Part shown: positions 38,120 through 47,801 of the stretch, in pieces
Numbering within the stretch: position 1 is the stretch's first letter
How the letters are laid out: every line of letters starts with the position of its first letter
Assembly: GCA_009773155.1 (NCBI GenBank)
Contig: WOVA01000006.1
Location: forward strand, 56,293-120,292
Reading direction: 5' to 3'
DNA length: 64,000 nucleotides
Source: Elusimicrobiota bacterium
Lineage (GTDB): Bacteria; Elusimicrobiota; Elusimicrobia; Elusimicrobiales; UBA9959
Program-made: the position numbers and the translations under genes
The notes under the pieces: model-generated
Told to the model about the DNA's origin: nothing
What the model saw: the letters and a program-made list of their open reading frames with translations, nothing else
Databases searched by the model: none

Positions 38120-39843
38120 AGAAGCCCGGGGCGGCCTCGCTCTGGGCCATCCTGGCTTTCGCCGCCGCTTTCGCGGCCTACTCACCCACGCTGCGCCTCG
38201 GGTTCGTCTGGGACGATCACCGGATGATAGAGGAGAACGCGCGGATCCGCTCCTGGTCGGCCGACAATATCCGCTCCTGGTTCCGCGGCGACCCTTTCGG
38301 CCAGGGGCTCAACTACTACCGCCCGCTTCAGACCTTCTCCAACGCCGTGGATTTCTCTATCTGGCGGCTGAACCCCGCCGGCTATCACCTGACCAACCTC
38401 CTCTTCCACTCCGGCGGCGCCGCGGTCTCGGCGCTGGCCCTGTCGGCGGCCGGCTTCCCGGCGGCGGCGGCCGGCGGGGCGGCGCTGCTGCTGGCCTGCC
38501 ACCCCGTCGTCGTAGAACAGCTCATCGTAGTAGCGGGGCGCGCCGAGGTGATGGCTTATTTCTTCACCGTCCTGACGGTGTGGCTGCTGGCCAGGCCCGG
38601 CCCCGTTTCTTTCGCCGGGGCGCTGATGTCCTTCATCCTCGCCATGCTGTCAAAGGAGACCGGCGTAATAGCACCTCTCCTGGCCCTGCTCCTCTTTTAT
38701 CATCGCGGCACCCTGCGGCGCGACTGGAAAAAGACGATCCCCCTGCTCCTCCTGATCCCCTTGTATCTCGCGCTGCGCGGGCGGGCGCTGGGCGGCATGC
38801 CGCTGACGGAACTGGGCGCGGTCGAAATGTTATTGCGCGCCGCGGCGCGCCTTCCGGCCGACATCTTCCATTACCTCGCCGCGGCCGTCGCGCCGCTGGA
38901 CCTCCATTCCCACCGCGCCAGGCCCGAGCCGGCCGCCTGGCTGGCGGCGGTTTTTGGCCTGGCCCTCGCCGGCGGACTGTTCACGCTGGCGCTGCGCGGC
39001 GGCAGGACCGCGCTGTTCCTGGCCGGCTGGTACCTGGTCAATCTCGCCCCCAAGGTCCCGCTGCTCCTGGGCAACGACCTCATGCTGGACCATTGGGCAT
39101 ACGGCGCTAACCTGGCGCTGTTCCTGTGGTTCGCGTCATGGCTGGCGGGAACGTCAAAGCCGCGCGTCAGGAACGCGGCGCTGGCCGGCGCGGCGCTGCT
39201 CCTGGCCGCCGTCGGCTGGCTGAACGTCTCGCGGCGCGGCGACGACCTGAAAATATACGAGCACGCGCTGCCCAGGACTTTCTCCGCCCCGCTGCGCTAC
39301 AACCTGGCCCGCGAATATTTCCTGCGCGGAGACTTCGCCCGCGCCGAAAGGCTGCTCGAAGAGATACTGCAGCGGGACCCTTCCAACGAGATGTACCTCA
39401 ACGGCCTGGCGCTGGCGCGCATGAACACGGGGCGCGCGGCGGAAGCGGCCGCCATACTGGCCGGCGCGGCGGCGGAAGGCGGCTACGCCCCGGAAACGCT
39501 GCTGAACCTTTCCCTCGCCCTCGAAAAAGCCGGCGACGCCCCGGCCGCGGAAGCCGCCGCCCGGCGGCTGGCGCTGGAGTTCTCTAACTATCCCGCCGGC
39601 TGGAAGCGGCTGGCCGATATGCGGATGAGGTCGGACGACGGGCGCGAGGCGCGCGCGTCGCTGGAGAAAGCGCTGGCCCTGGACCCTTACGACGCGGAAA
39701 CGCTGGGCAAGCTGGGCGCGCTGGAGGCCGGGGATAAAAACTACGCCCGGGCCGAAGAGCTCTGGCGCAGGGCGCTGAAGCTGGACCCGGGCAATGTTTC
39801 GCTGAAAAAAAACCTGGAAAGGCTCGAGAGCCTCAGGCGCTGA
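38116..39843 (+). CDS. TMTC-like membrane glycosyltransferase with C-terminal TPR repeats
   Basis: FVWDD, YYRPL, GYHLTNLLFH, HPV...RAE, SKETG, then a TPR array. Confidence 0.75.
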   Translation: MKKPGAASLWAILAFAAAFAAYSPTLRLGFVWDDHRMIEENARIRSWSADNIRSWFRGDPFGQGLNYYRPLQTFSNAVDFSIWRLNPAGYHLTNLLFHSGGAAVSALALSAAGFPAAAAGGAALLLACHPVVVEQLIVVAGRAEVMAYFFTVLTVWLLARPGPVSFAGALMSFILAMLSKETGVIAPLLALLLFYHRGTLRRDWKKTIPLLLLIPLYLALRGRALGGMPLTELGAVEMLLRAAARLPADIFHYLAAAVAPLDLHSHRARPEPAAWLAAVFGLALAGGLFTLALRGGRTALFLAGWYLVNLAPKVPLLLGNDLMLDHWAYGANLALFLWFASWLAGTSKPRVRNAALAGAALLLAAVGWLNVSRRGDDLKIYEHALPRTFSAPLRYNLAREYFLRGDFARAERLLEEILQRDPSNEMYLNGLALARMNTGRAAEAAAILAGAAAEGGYAPETLLNLSLALEKAGDAPAAEAAARRLALEFSNYPAGWKRLADMRMRSDDGREARASLEKALALDPYDAETLGKLGALEAGDKNYARAEELWRRALKLDPGNVSLKKNLERLESLRR

Positions 39844-40803
39844 TCACTCCCCCGCGACCCACGCGGCGGACCGGACCCCCGTCACCTTACCCTTGAACCC
39901 TTCCACCCAGGCGTTATAGCGGGTCTGCACCTGCTTTCCTTCGCCAAGGTATTCTGGATTGAGAGCGTTCTTCACGAAACCCTCCCCGACGGGAAAAGCC
40001 GTGACGAGAACGGCGTGCGGTCTGGAAGAATCCTTCACTGAATAGACAAGCAGGTAGGCGTTGCCGCCGGAGGTCACGGACCTGAAAGGCAGGAAGTCGG
40101 TACGCAGCGAGACGCCGCGTTTGCGGGAGAGGGAAACCGTCTCGGTCAGCCTGAAATGCCCCGGGGCCTTCCAGCCGCGCGCGGCGGAGCCGCAGGCGTA
40201 GGACGCCCTGGCCAGCTTAGCGGCGGCCGCGGCGTCGTCGGAGAAGGCCGCGGCGCCGGACACGCAGGTTATATTGGCCAGCAGCGTGCCTTCGGCCGGA
40301 GACGGCCCCAGCGCGCCGCGCGCGAAGCCCAGGCCCGCCTCTATGTCGTCGCGCACCCAGCGGGCGCGCTTGAAGCCGAACTTCGTCGGCAGCAGGCTGA
40401 ACAGGTAGCCGTAGGCGTGTTCCATGCCGGCGTGCACTATCTTCCCGCGCGGGCCGGGCAGGTCCAGTTCGCCGGCGAGGAAGGACAGGATGGAATCGTG
40501 GACGATAGTGGCGCGGACCATCTCGTCGAAATTGACGCTCTCGCCCCAGAGTTCCTTGAGGCCCGTATTGAGCTTGTCGGAGGCCAGCTGCATGGCCAGC
40601 CCCGGGGCGTAGTCGGCCAGCACCGGCGACAGAGGCAGGCCCTTAGCGGCGTTCTCCTCCATCAGGCGGGCCATGCCGGCCCAGGGGCAGTCGAGCCCGT
40701 CCTCGGCGGCGGGCTCGCCGGGCTTGGCCGGGGCCGGGCACTGGTAGGCGTGCAGGGCGGCGGAAAACAGGAACAGCGGGGCGAAAAATATCGCGCGTTT
40801 CAT
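39844..40803 (-). CDS. Hypothetical exported protein
   Basis: 319-aa ORF with signal peptide and typical codon bias; coupled to the upstream small gene. Confidence 0.6.
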   Translation of the reverse strand: MKRAIFFAPLFLFSAALHAYQCPAPAKPGEPAAEDGLDCPWAGMARLMEENAAKGLPLSPVLADYAPGLAMQLASDKLNTGLKELWGESVNFDEMVRATIVHDSILSFLAGELDLPGPRGKIVHAGMEHAYGYLFSLLPTKFGFKRARWVRDDIEAGLGFARGALGPSPAEGTLLANITCVSGAAAFSDDAAAAAKLARASYACGSAARGWKAPGHFRLTETVSLSRKRGVSLRTDFLPFRSVTSGGNAYLLVYSVKDSSRPHAVLVTAFPVGEGFVKNALNPEYLGEGKQVQTRYNAWVEGFKGKVTGVRSAAWVAGE

Positions 40804-40804
40804 C

Positions 40805-41149
40805 TCAGGCGGCCTTGCGGAAATCGGCGACGCTGACGGTGAAGTACCGGCTCCCGCAGGGGTAGCCCGGGAAGGGGCCGCAGCTGTCGTCGGGGTTTAT
40901 GACGGGCGGGGTGCTCTTTTTTACCTCGACGGGCGCGCGGTCGACCGTCTCCTGCGTCTCCGCGCTGATAGCGGGCCTGGCGGGCTCCTGCGCGGCCTGG
41001 GTTTGAACACTGCCGTTGGTCCGCGCGCAGCCGAAGAGGCCCAGCACGGCCGCCGCCATGGCGCCCAGCATCCCGGCGCGGGCGAAACCCGAGACTTCAC
41101 CCTCGCTCATCCCCGTCTTCAAAGCCAGCTCTTTAAGTTTCTTTTCCAT
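40805..41149 (-). CDS. Small putative lipoprotein with C-terminal SCGPFPGYPCG motif
   Basis: ATG 41149 follows an AAAGGGG SD-like site and TACAAT; lipobox-like LFG-C. Confidence 0.55.
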   Translation of the reverse strand: MEKKLKELALKTGMSEGEVSGFARAGMLGAMAAAVLGLFGCARTNGSVQTQAAQEPARPAISAETQETVDRAPVEVKKSTPPVINPDDSCGPFPGYPCGSRYFTVSVADFRKAA

Positions 41150-41183
41150 ATATCGCACCCCTTTCCACCTATTGTACAAAAGC

Positions 41184-42368
41184 TCAGCCCAGCTCCTTCA
41201 TCAGCTCGCGGCGCATAGCGTCGCGGGTCTCCATGCCCGGCAGACCTTCGAGGGCCAGCAGGCCGTTCATGAAATAATCCGCGGCTTCCGCCTTCCCTTT
41301 GGCCGCCTTGAAATAACGCCCCGCCTCCAGCCAGATACGCGGTTCGTCGCGCTCGAAAGAGAGCGCCATCGCGAATATTTCCCCGGCGTCCTCCTCCCCC
41401 GCGCCCGCCGCCTTAAGCGCCCGGCCCAGCAGCCTCTCCCCCTCCGCCCGCGCGGCGCCGCGCGAAAAGACCGGCGGCAGATCCGCCGCGCCGGCCGCCG
41501 GCTCCAGTTTGTCGATCTCAAGTGCGCGCCGCGCGGCCTTCTCATATGCCAGTTCCGCCGAAGCGAAAGCCGGGCCCTGCGCGCCGCCTTTGGGCTGTAC
41601 GGCAAACAATACGCGCCAGGCCAGCGCCGCTCCGCCGCAATGGGCCAGCAGCGAGGCCGCGACAGACTCTTTCTTAGCGGCCTCTCCCATGAGTTCGATC
41701 GCCAGCCGCGCGACGGCCGGGGCGGCGGCGATGGTCAGTACGCCCGCGGCATCCCCCTTCAGCGTCATGGCGCAGGCCCGGTCGACGGCCTCGTCGCGCG
41801 CGGAAGAGAGTTCTTCGCGCGAAAAATCCTCCAGCCCGGCCTTCATCACGGCCTTGCGCAGGGAGGCCAGGCAGGCGGCGGCCCTGTCCTCCTCGTGCCG
41901 CCGCAGCTCGAAGCGCAGCGCCGCCCGGCCGGGATGGTAGGTCCTGCTTTCCGTCGAAATTATATCGAAGCCGGCCCTGCGGGCCAGTTCTTTGAGCAGT
42001 TCCTCCGGGAAGGCGTAGCGGTGGCCCATGCCGGCGGTCTCGGCGCCGTATATCCAGCCCAGCTGCGCTTCGCGCTCCTCCGGCCCCCTGGCGCCGGCGA
42101 AAGCCGCGCAGGTCTTTATGATGTCGGGCGTCTCTATGACCAGCCGGCCGCCGGGCCGCAGGACACGGAAACATTCCGAAAGGAAATATCTCGTCCTGAA
42201 ATAACCGAGATGCTCGACCAGGTGAAGGGCCTCTATCTCCCGCGCGCAGCCGTCGGACAGGTCCAGGTTCTCCGCCGGCATGACCTTGTCGGCGGCCGAG
42301 CCGGCGGAAGAATCGATATTGACCCAGCCGGTCCGCCGGTCGTTCCCGCAGCCGATATTAAGTTTCAC
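41184..42368 (-). CDS. SAM-dependent methyltransferase (type 11-like) with helical C-terminal domain
   Basis: KLNIGCG, HLVEHL, RVLRPGG..IETPD. Confidence 0.75.
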   Translation of the reverse strand: MKLNIGCGNDRRTGWVNIDSSAGSAADKVMPAENLDLSDGCAREIEALHLVEHLGYFRTRYFLSECFRVLRPGGRLVIETPDIIKTCAAFAGARGPEEREAQLGWIYGAETAGMGHRYAFPEELLKELARRAGFDIISTESRTYHPGRAALRFELRRHEEDRAAACLASLRKAVMKAGLEDFSREELSSARDEAVDRACAMTLKGDAAGVLTIAAAPAVARLAIELMGEAAKKESVAASLLAHCGGAALAWRVLFAVQPKGGAQGPAFASAELAYEKAARRALEIDKLEPAAGAADLPPVFSRGAARAEGERLLGRALKAAGAGEEDAGEIFAMALSFERDEPRIWLEAGRYFKAAKGKAEAADYFMNGLLALEGLPGMETRDAMRRELMKELG

Positions 42369-43509
42369 GGCGCCGCCTCCTGCCGGAGAATACGCGCTCC
42401 AGCCGGCGCAGCGAGCCAGGGCGGCTGCACTGGTCGAACAAGTAGCGGAGGCGCTCCATCTTGCTGGGGCCTGAGCCGTCGGCGCGCTCTATGGCGTAGA
42501 AGCAGTAGGGGTCGTTGTGGAGGCGGCCGGTCTTCATAAGCGACATCTCGGAACAGCCGCCCTTGCAGGAGTCGAGGTGGCGGCACTTTAAGCATTCGGG
42601 ACCGGCTTCGTCCCTGCGGAAATCCCGGGTGTATGGAAAAGCCGAGCGGCTGCGCCAGAGTTCCTTGACCCTCATCGTGCGCGCATTGCCTTCGACGAAC
42701 CTGTCGTCGTTTATGGCCAGGCAGCCGATGAAACCGCCGTCGCTGCGTATTCCCAGTATTGAGACCCCGGCCTGGCAGCCTTCCCATTTCTCGTAGAGAG
42801 AGACGTTGATCAGCCGCGCGGAATTATAACCCAGGTCGTGCGCGCCTATGACGGCCAGTTCCTCCGGCCTGTGGCGTCGCCGGGTGGATTCGATGAACAT
42901 GCCGACGGCGTAGAACTCGTCGCGGTCGAGCAGCAGTTTTTTCGGGAACCTGCGGCCCTCGGCGCCGGCCGTCTGCACCTGCCAGGCCAGGCCCCGCCCT
43001 TTGAGCTTTTCCCGCAGGGCGGCCAGTTGGCCGAGATTAAGTTTGTGAACGGTAGTGATGACGCTGACCGGCAGGCCGGCGGCCAGCGCGCCTTCCAGGA
43101 ACGACCAGGAGTCGGCGAAGGCTCCCTCGCGGCCGCGTATGCGGTCATGCAGCGCCGGCTCGGCCGCGTCTATGCTGACCGCGACCGCGCGCGGCGAAAG
43201 GGCCTTGAGGCGGTCGAACACGCCGGCCGGGCGGACCGTACCATTGGTGATGACGGACAGCTCCATGCCGAGCTCCCGTATCCGCGCGGCCACTGTCCAG
43301 AAATCCTTGCGCAGGAACGGCTCGCCGCCCATCAGGGCCACGCCCCCGCAGCCGGCCGCTTTCAGGTCGGCGCAGAGCTTAAGCGCTTCGGCGGTGTCGA
43401 GCTCCTTTTCGCGCTTCGACCCGGCGCTGGAACCGCAATGGATACAGTCGAGGTTGCAGGCGAGGGTGAACTCCCAGACGGCGCAGGCAAGTTTATAGGG
43501 AAAGGGCAT
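42358..43509 (-). CDS. Radical SAM/SPASM domain protein (PqqE/SkfB-like)
   Basis: CNLDCIHC, GGEP; SPASM cysteines CQAG...GC...CLKC...CKGGC...PYC. Confidence 0.88.
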   Translation of the reverse strand: MPFPYKLACAVWEFTLACNLDCIHCGSSAGSKREKELDTAEALKLCADLKAAGCGGVALMGGEPFLRKDFWTVAARIRELGMELSVITNGTVRPAGVFDRLKALSPRAVAVSIDAAEPALHDRIRGREGAFADSWSFLEGALAAGLPVSVITTVHKLNLGQLAALREKLKGRGLAWQVQTAGAEGRRFPKKLLLDRDEFYAVGMFIESTRRRHRPEELAVIGAHDLGYNSARLINVSLYEKWEGCQAGVSILGIRSDGGFIGCLAINDDRFVEGNARTMRVKELWRSRSAFPYTRDFRRDEAGPECLKCRHLDSCKGGCSEMSLMKTGRLHNDPYCFYAIERADGSGPSKMERLRYLFDQCSRPGSLRRLERVFSGRRRRRET

Positions 43510-43571
43510 AATGGGTCGCGGCTCGCGATAATACTATTAAATACGCCTCCCGGCTGGCAAAGGCGGGCCTC

Positions 43572-43610
43572 AATGGGCCAATGGGCCCATACCGGGGGGC
43601 CCCCCGGTAT
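43572..43610. promoter_or_regulatory. Tandem AATGGGCC repeat plus perfect 22-bp palindrome ATACCGGGGGGCCCCCCGGTAT in a divergent intergenic region
   Basis: Read directly from the sequence; operator function is inferred. Confidence 0.4.
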
Positions 43611-43720
43611 AGTCCTAATGCCTTCACGCGGGTAGGTCCCCCGCCGCTTACACCGCGGCCCCGGGGCTGTTAAACTATCATCACGCCCCGACCCAGGGGC
43701 AGCCGGGACGGAGGATAGCG

Positions 43721-45190
43721 ATGAACAAAAAAACCATACTCTTTCTTTTAGCCATAGCCCAGGGAGCCTCAGCCGCTTCCGCCGGGAACGCTGGAGACAG
43801 CTCCGCCATCGATCAGCTCATGAACGCCGCGCCGGCGGCGCTGGCCGAACAGACCCTGCCTGAAGCCGTCATGGCGCCCGAACGGGAGATTCCTGCTTCC
43901 CGCTTCATGACCGGCAGCGGTTCCGAATACCTGGAAAGGCCCTACCTGCTTCCCGAAAGCCTGGAGATGGACGAAGCCGGCTACGGCGTCTACAAATCGG
44001 TTCCGACCCTTTACCGGGGCTCGGCCGTGGGCCAGGCCTCCTTCAAGAAGGAGCTGGAAGCTCTCACCGGGTCCAGGTTCACCGGCGGCAACAGCGCGCA
44101 GCTGCTGTTCGGGCCCGATTCCTTCGCGATGCGCGACAAACTCATGCTGGCCGCCAAAAAAAGCATATTCATAACCGCCTATTCCTTTCACGACGATGAG
44201 ACCGGCAACCGGCTGGCCGACCTGCTGATAGCCAAGCGCCGCCAGGGCGTGGACGTGAAGCTGATAGCCGACGGCAAGGTGGCCATGGTCAGCAGCCGTA
44301 AACTGCTCAACCGCATGGAGGCCGGCGGTGTGGAAGTGCTGCGCTGGCAAGAGCCCGGCCGGCTGCTCGACATCTGGCACGTGAAGATGCTGATAGTCGA
44401 CGGCCGCTACTCTTTCGTCGGCGGCATAAACGTCGGCGACGTCTACTCCCACCGCGGCGGCGGCCCCAAGTGGCAGGATTACGACGTGCTCTATTCCGGC
44501 CCGGCCGTTACCGACACGCTGAACTTCTTCGCCAGGGAATGGAACGCGTCGCTCGGCGGCAAGCGGACGCCCGTCGTCCCCGCCGCCGCGCGCTACGGGG
44601 CCTTTGAGACCGGCTCGGCCGAGCTCTCCGTGGTGTTCCAGAACCCCCCGCATGAGAAGCAGATACTCGGGACCATACTCAAGAGCATCTACGGCGCCAG
44701 GACGCGCATAAATATCGCCCACTCCTACTTCATAGCGATACCGCCGCTGCGCGACGCCATCATCGACGCGCTCGGCCGCGGCGTGGAGGTCAACATCATC
44801 ACCAACACCTCCAAGAGCATAGACGCCGAGGCCAAGCACGCGGCGGTGCCGATAATCCGCAGCCTGGCCGGCATCTACCCCTACGGCGCCAACATCTACC
44901 TCAACAGGGGCGAGAACCTGCACGGCAAGTTCATGACGGTCGACGGCGTTTTCGCCACGATCGGCTCCTACAACATGCACCCGCGCAGCGAGAAGTACGA
45001 CAGCGAGATGAACGTCAATCTCAGCGGCGCGGAGGCGGTGCGCCAGTTCGACGCGACCTTCGCCGGGCTCATAGCCAACGCCCAGAAGGTGGAGGCCCCC
45101 TCCGACCTGGCCATACCCGGCGGCTTCGTCACCTTCATCTCCAATATCATCGAGAGGTATTTCTTCGACATGCTCAAGTCCCCGGCCTGA
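43721..45190 (+). CDS. Exported phospholipase D superfamily (cardiolipin-synthase-like) protein
   Basis: Two HKD motifs (HVKMLIVDG, HGKFMTVDG...GSYN), signal peptide, GGAGG SD. Confidence 0.88.
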   Translation: MNKKTILFLLAIAQGASAASAGNAGDSSAIDQLMNAAPAALAEQTLPEAVMAPEREIPASRFMTGSGSEYLERPYLLPESLEMDEAGYGVYKSVPTLYRGSAVGQASFKKELEALTGSRFTGGNSAQLLFGPDSFAMRDKLMLAAKKSIFITAYSFHDDETGNRLADLLIAKRRQGVDVKLIADGKVAMVSSRKLLNRMEAGGVEVLRWQEPGRLLDIWHVKMLIVDGRYSFVGGINVGDVYSHRGGGPKWQDYDVLYSGPAVTDTLNFFAREWNASLGGKRTPVVPAAARYGAFETGSAELSVVFQNPPHEKQILGTILKSIYGARTRINIAHSYFIAIPPLRDAIIDALGRGVEVNIITNTSKSIDAEAKHAAVPIIRSLAGIYPYGANIYLNRGENLHGKFMTVDGVFATIGSYNMHPRSEKYDSEMNVNLSGAEAVRQFDATFAGLIANAQKVEAPSDLAIPGGFVTFISNIIERYFFDMLKSPA

Positions 45191-45211
45191 ACGACACGGC
45201 CTTCGGCTGAT

Positions 45212-45251
45212 AAAAAAGACCGGCCGCCTTCATGGGCGGCCGGTCTCTTTC
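45212..45251. terminator. Bidirectional intrinsic terminator between convergent PLD and tlyA
   Basis: AAAAAAGACCGGCCGCC-loop-GGCGGCCGGTCTCTTT; 12-bp stem with A and T tracts. Confidence 0.8.
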
Positions 45252-45267
45252 TGCCAGCGGGCGGTCC

Positions 45268-46005
45268 CTAGGAAGACATGCGCAGCAGCCAGAGGAACTC
45301 CAGGTTCCCCTTGGCGCCTTTTATCGGCGAGTCGGTGAGGCCGGCCTCGGAGACGGAGGGCAGCGACTCCTTCAGCCAGCCCCGCATGCCGCCCATGGCC
45401 TTCTGACGCCTCTCCTCGTCCTTCACTATGCCCTTGCGCAGGTCGGCGGGCTGCAGCTCGAACTGCGGCTTGACCAGCGCGATTATCTCCCCGCCCGGGA
45501 CCATGACGGAAGCGACGGGACCGAGAATGAGCTTGAGCGAGATGAACGACACGTCTATGGCGCAGAGGGCGGATCTTTCCAGGAACAGGTCCGGCTTCAG
45601 GAACCGGGCGTTGGTCTTGGGCATGAAAATCACGCGCGGATCGGCCTTTATCCGCTCGTGTATCTGACCTTCGCCCACGTCGACGGCGTAGACCTTGCGC
45701 GCGCCGGCCTGCAGGAAGCAGTCGGTGAAGCCGCCGGTGGCCACGCCCACGTCGAGGCAGGCCCGGCCCTTCGGGTCTATTTTAAAGTAGTCGAGCGCTC
45801 CCCTGAGCTTGAGGCCGCCGCGGGAGACGTAAGGGCAGCCGGGCTGGACGAGGTCGATGACGTCGCCGTCGCGCACGTGCTGGCCGGCCTTATCGGCGAG
45901 GCGGCCGTTGAGCGTGACCAGGCCGGCCATGATGGCGCGCAGGGCCTTCTCGCGGGTCTCGAAGAAGCCCTGCTCCACGCAGGCTATGTCCAGTCGTATT
46001 TTCAT
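45268..46005 (-). CDS. tlyA: TlyA family RNA methyltransferase
   Basis: S4 domain, YVSRGGLKL, DVGVATGGFTD, DVSFISL, LVKPQFE, SPIKG..GNLE. Confidence 0.92.
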   Translation of the reverse strand: MKIRLDIACVEQGFFETREKALRAIMAGLVTLNGRLADKAGQHVRDGDVIDLVQPGCPYVSRGGLKLRGALDYFKIDPKGRACLDVGVATGGFTDCFLQAGARKVYAVDVGEGQIHERIKADPRVIFMPKTNARFLKPDLFLERSALCAIDVSFISLKLILGPVASVMVPGGEIIALVKPQFELQPADLRKGIVKDEERRQKAMGGMRGWLKESLPSVSEAGLTDSPIKGAKGNLEFLWLLRMSS

Positions 46006-46014
46006 TATGTCCCA

Positions 46015-46215
46015 GGCTTCACCGCGGGGTATTCACTCCGCCACGGGTTCGGCTTTCTTGAATGCACCCTGCGCTTCGCTCGGCCGGGCACGAACTCGGC
46101 CCGGGCGCATTGCGCCTCGGGCCTCAGACAATCATGCCCGTCCGGCAGTGCCGGTTCCCGAGCTCCGCTTGGGGAAAGCCTCCGATGTGGCTTCGGAATA
46201 CCCCGCAGTGAAGCC
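46015..46215. other. 201-nt highly structured intergenic element (MITE-like or ncRNA candidate)
   Basis: 20-bp terminal inverted repeat with 1 mismatch, plus nested pairings GCCAC/GTGGC, GGCTTTC/GAAAGCC, GCTCGG/CCGAGC and internal hairpins. Confidence 0.55.
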
Positions 46216-46254
46216 CTCCCCCCATCACCCGGTTGGCTCCTTATGCGAACCCGT

Positions 46255-46497
46255 TCACTCCGGCTCTTCTTCGAATTTTTCCAGCTTGAGCTTGCCCTCG
46301 GCGTCCTTGCGCAGGACCTCTATCTTCTTCTTGATCTCCTCGAGCTTTTCGGACAATTCCTTCGAGATGCCGACGCCCTGCTCGAAGAGCTCGAGCGACT
46401 CTTCTATCGGCGTGGTCTCGTCCTCGAGTTTGCCGACTATCTCTTCGAGTCTGGCGAGTTTCTCCTCGAAACCCTGGGTCTTTTCTTTCTTCACCAT
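46255..46497 (-). CDS. xseB: Exodeoxyribonuclease VII small subunit
   Basis: FEEKLARLEEIVGKLE...IEESLELFEQG. Confidence 0.92.
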   Translation of the reverse strand: MVKKEKTQGFEEKLARLEEIVGKLEDETTPIEESLELFEQGVGISKELSEKLEEIKKKIEVLRKDAEGKLKLEKFEEEPE

Positions 46498-47801
46498 AAT
46501 GTCTCCTGTCCGGGGATGTCGGTCTTTTTGGGCTTTGCGGTCTTCTTAGGGGCGTCTGCCGCGCCGGACGGGGCATCGGCGGCGCGCGCCGGGCCGGCCG
46601 CGGGGGCGGAGGTCTCAATGACCTCCGCGCCGGCGCGGCCTTCGGCGAAGCGCAGGTCCAGCCTGTCGCCGGCCTTAAGCCCCGCCGCGCTGCGTACCGC
46701 CTTCCCCGCCACGTCCTTGACGATGGCGTAGCCTTTCCTTAGCGGGAACAGCGGGCTGAGGGCGGTCAGTTTATGAGACTGAAGGTTCAGGCGCTCCGCG
46801 GCGCGGCGCAGGCGCTCGCCCGAGGCTTCGAAAAGGCCTTCCACGGCCTGATCCAGCCGCTGCGTGGGGCGCTCGAGCAGCGTCAGCGGGTCGCGGAAGG
46901 CCCGGTGGCCGGCCAGCCGCAGGAACCGGCCGCTGAGGTTCTCGTAATAGATGCGCAGCGACTGCAGCAGCCGCTTCTCGAGCTGAGCGATATTGGCGGC
47001 CAGTTCCACCTTGCTCTTCACCACCAGTTCGGCGGCGGCCGACGGGGTAGCCGCGCGCAGGTCGGCGACGAAATCGGCTATCGTAAAATCGGTCTCGTGT
47101 CCCACGCAGGAGATGACCGGTATCTTCGAGCCGGCTATGGCGCGGGCGACCAGTTCCTCGTTGAAGGACCAGAGGTCCTCCATCGAGCCGCCGCCGCGGC
47201 CGACCAGCATGACGTCGATGTCGGGGAAACCGGCGTTGAGGTCCCTTATCGCCTGGGCGATATCTTCTTTGGAACCGGCGCCCTGCACTTTAACGGGAGC
47301 GATGATGATATGGAGGTTGGCGTAGCGGCGGCCCAGGACGGAGAGTATGTCGCGGATGGCGGCGCCGGTCGGCGAAGTGACGACGCCTATCTTCTGCGGC
47401 AGCGCCGGTATCGGCCGCTTGCGGGCCGGGTCGAACAGTCCTTCGTCCTGGAGCTTCTTCTTAAGCTGCTCGAAGGCCAGCTGCAGCGGGCCTATGCCGG
47501 CTGGCACCAGTTCTTTCACCATCAGCTGGTACTTGCTCTGCTTGTCGTAGGTGGTGACGCCGCCGCGGGCGCGCACGAGCAGGCCGTTCTGCGGCTCGAA
47601 CTTGAGGCCCGAGGCCGGGCCGCGGAACATGACGGCGGAGATATTAGAAGAGGCGTCCTTGAGATCGAAATAGATGTGCCCGGCCGCGGACAGTTTGTAA
47701 CCGGAGATCTCGCCCTCCACCCACAGTTCGCGGAACGAGGCCTCGAGCAGCGTCTTCACGCCGCGGCTGAGCTCGCTGACGGTATAGACCCTATCGGCCA
47801 C
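46491..47801 (-). CDS. xseA: Exodeoxyribonuclease VII large subunit
   Basis: WVEGEISG, GHIYFDLKD, VTSPTGAAIRD, RGGGSMEDLW.FN, VGHETD, TPSAAAE. Confidence 0.96.
   Translation of the reverse strand: MADRVYTVSELSRGVKTLLEASFRELWVEGEISGYKLSAAGHIYFDLKDASSNISAVMFRGPASGLKFEPQNGLLVRARGGVTTYDKQSKYQLMVKELVPAGIGPLQLAFEQLKKKLQDEGLFDPARKRPIPALPQKIGVVTSPTGAAIRDILSVLGRRYANLHIIIAPVKVQGAGSKEDIAQAIRDLNAGFPDIDVMLVGRGGGSMEDLWSFNEELVARAIAGSKIPVISCVGHETDFTIADFVADLRAATPSAAAELVVKSKVELAANIAQLEKRLLQSLRIYYENLSGRFLRLAGHRAFRDPLTLLERPTQRLDQAVEGLFEASGERLRRAAERLNLQSHKLTALSPLFPLRKGYAIVKDVAGKAVRSAAGLKAGDRLDLRFAEGRAGAEVIETSAPAAGPARAADAPSGAADAPKKTAKPKKTDIPGQETLW

Noticed and set aside
46500-46620. Ala/Pro/Lys-rich tails of XseA (and IF-3, 56120-56240) as repeat insertions
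   Set aside because: They are low-complexity extensions with no similarity to any of the repeat families.
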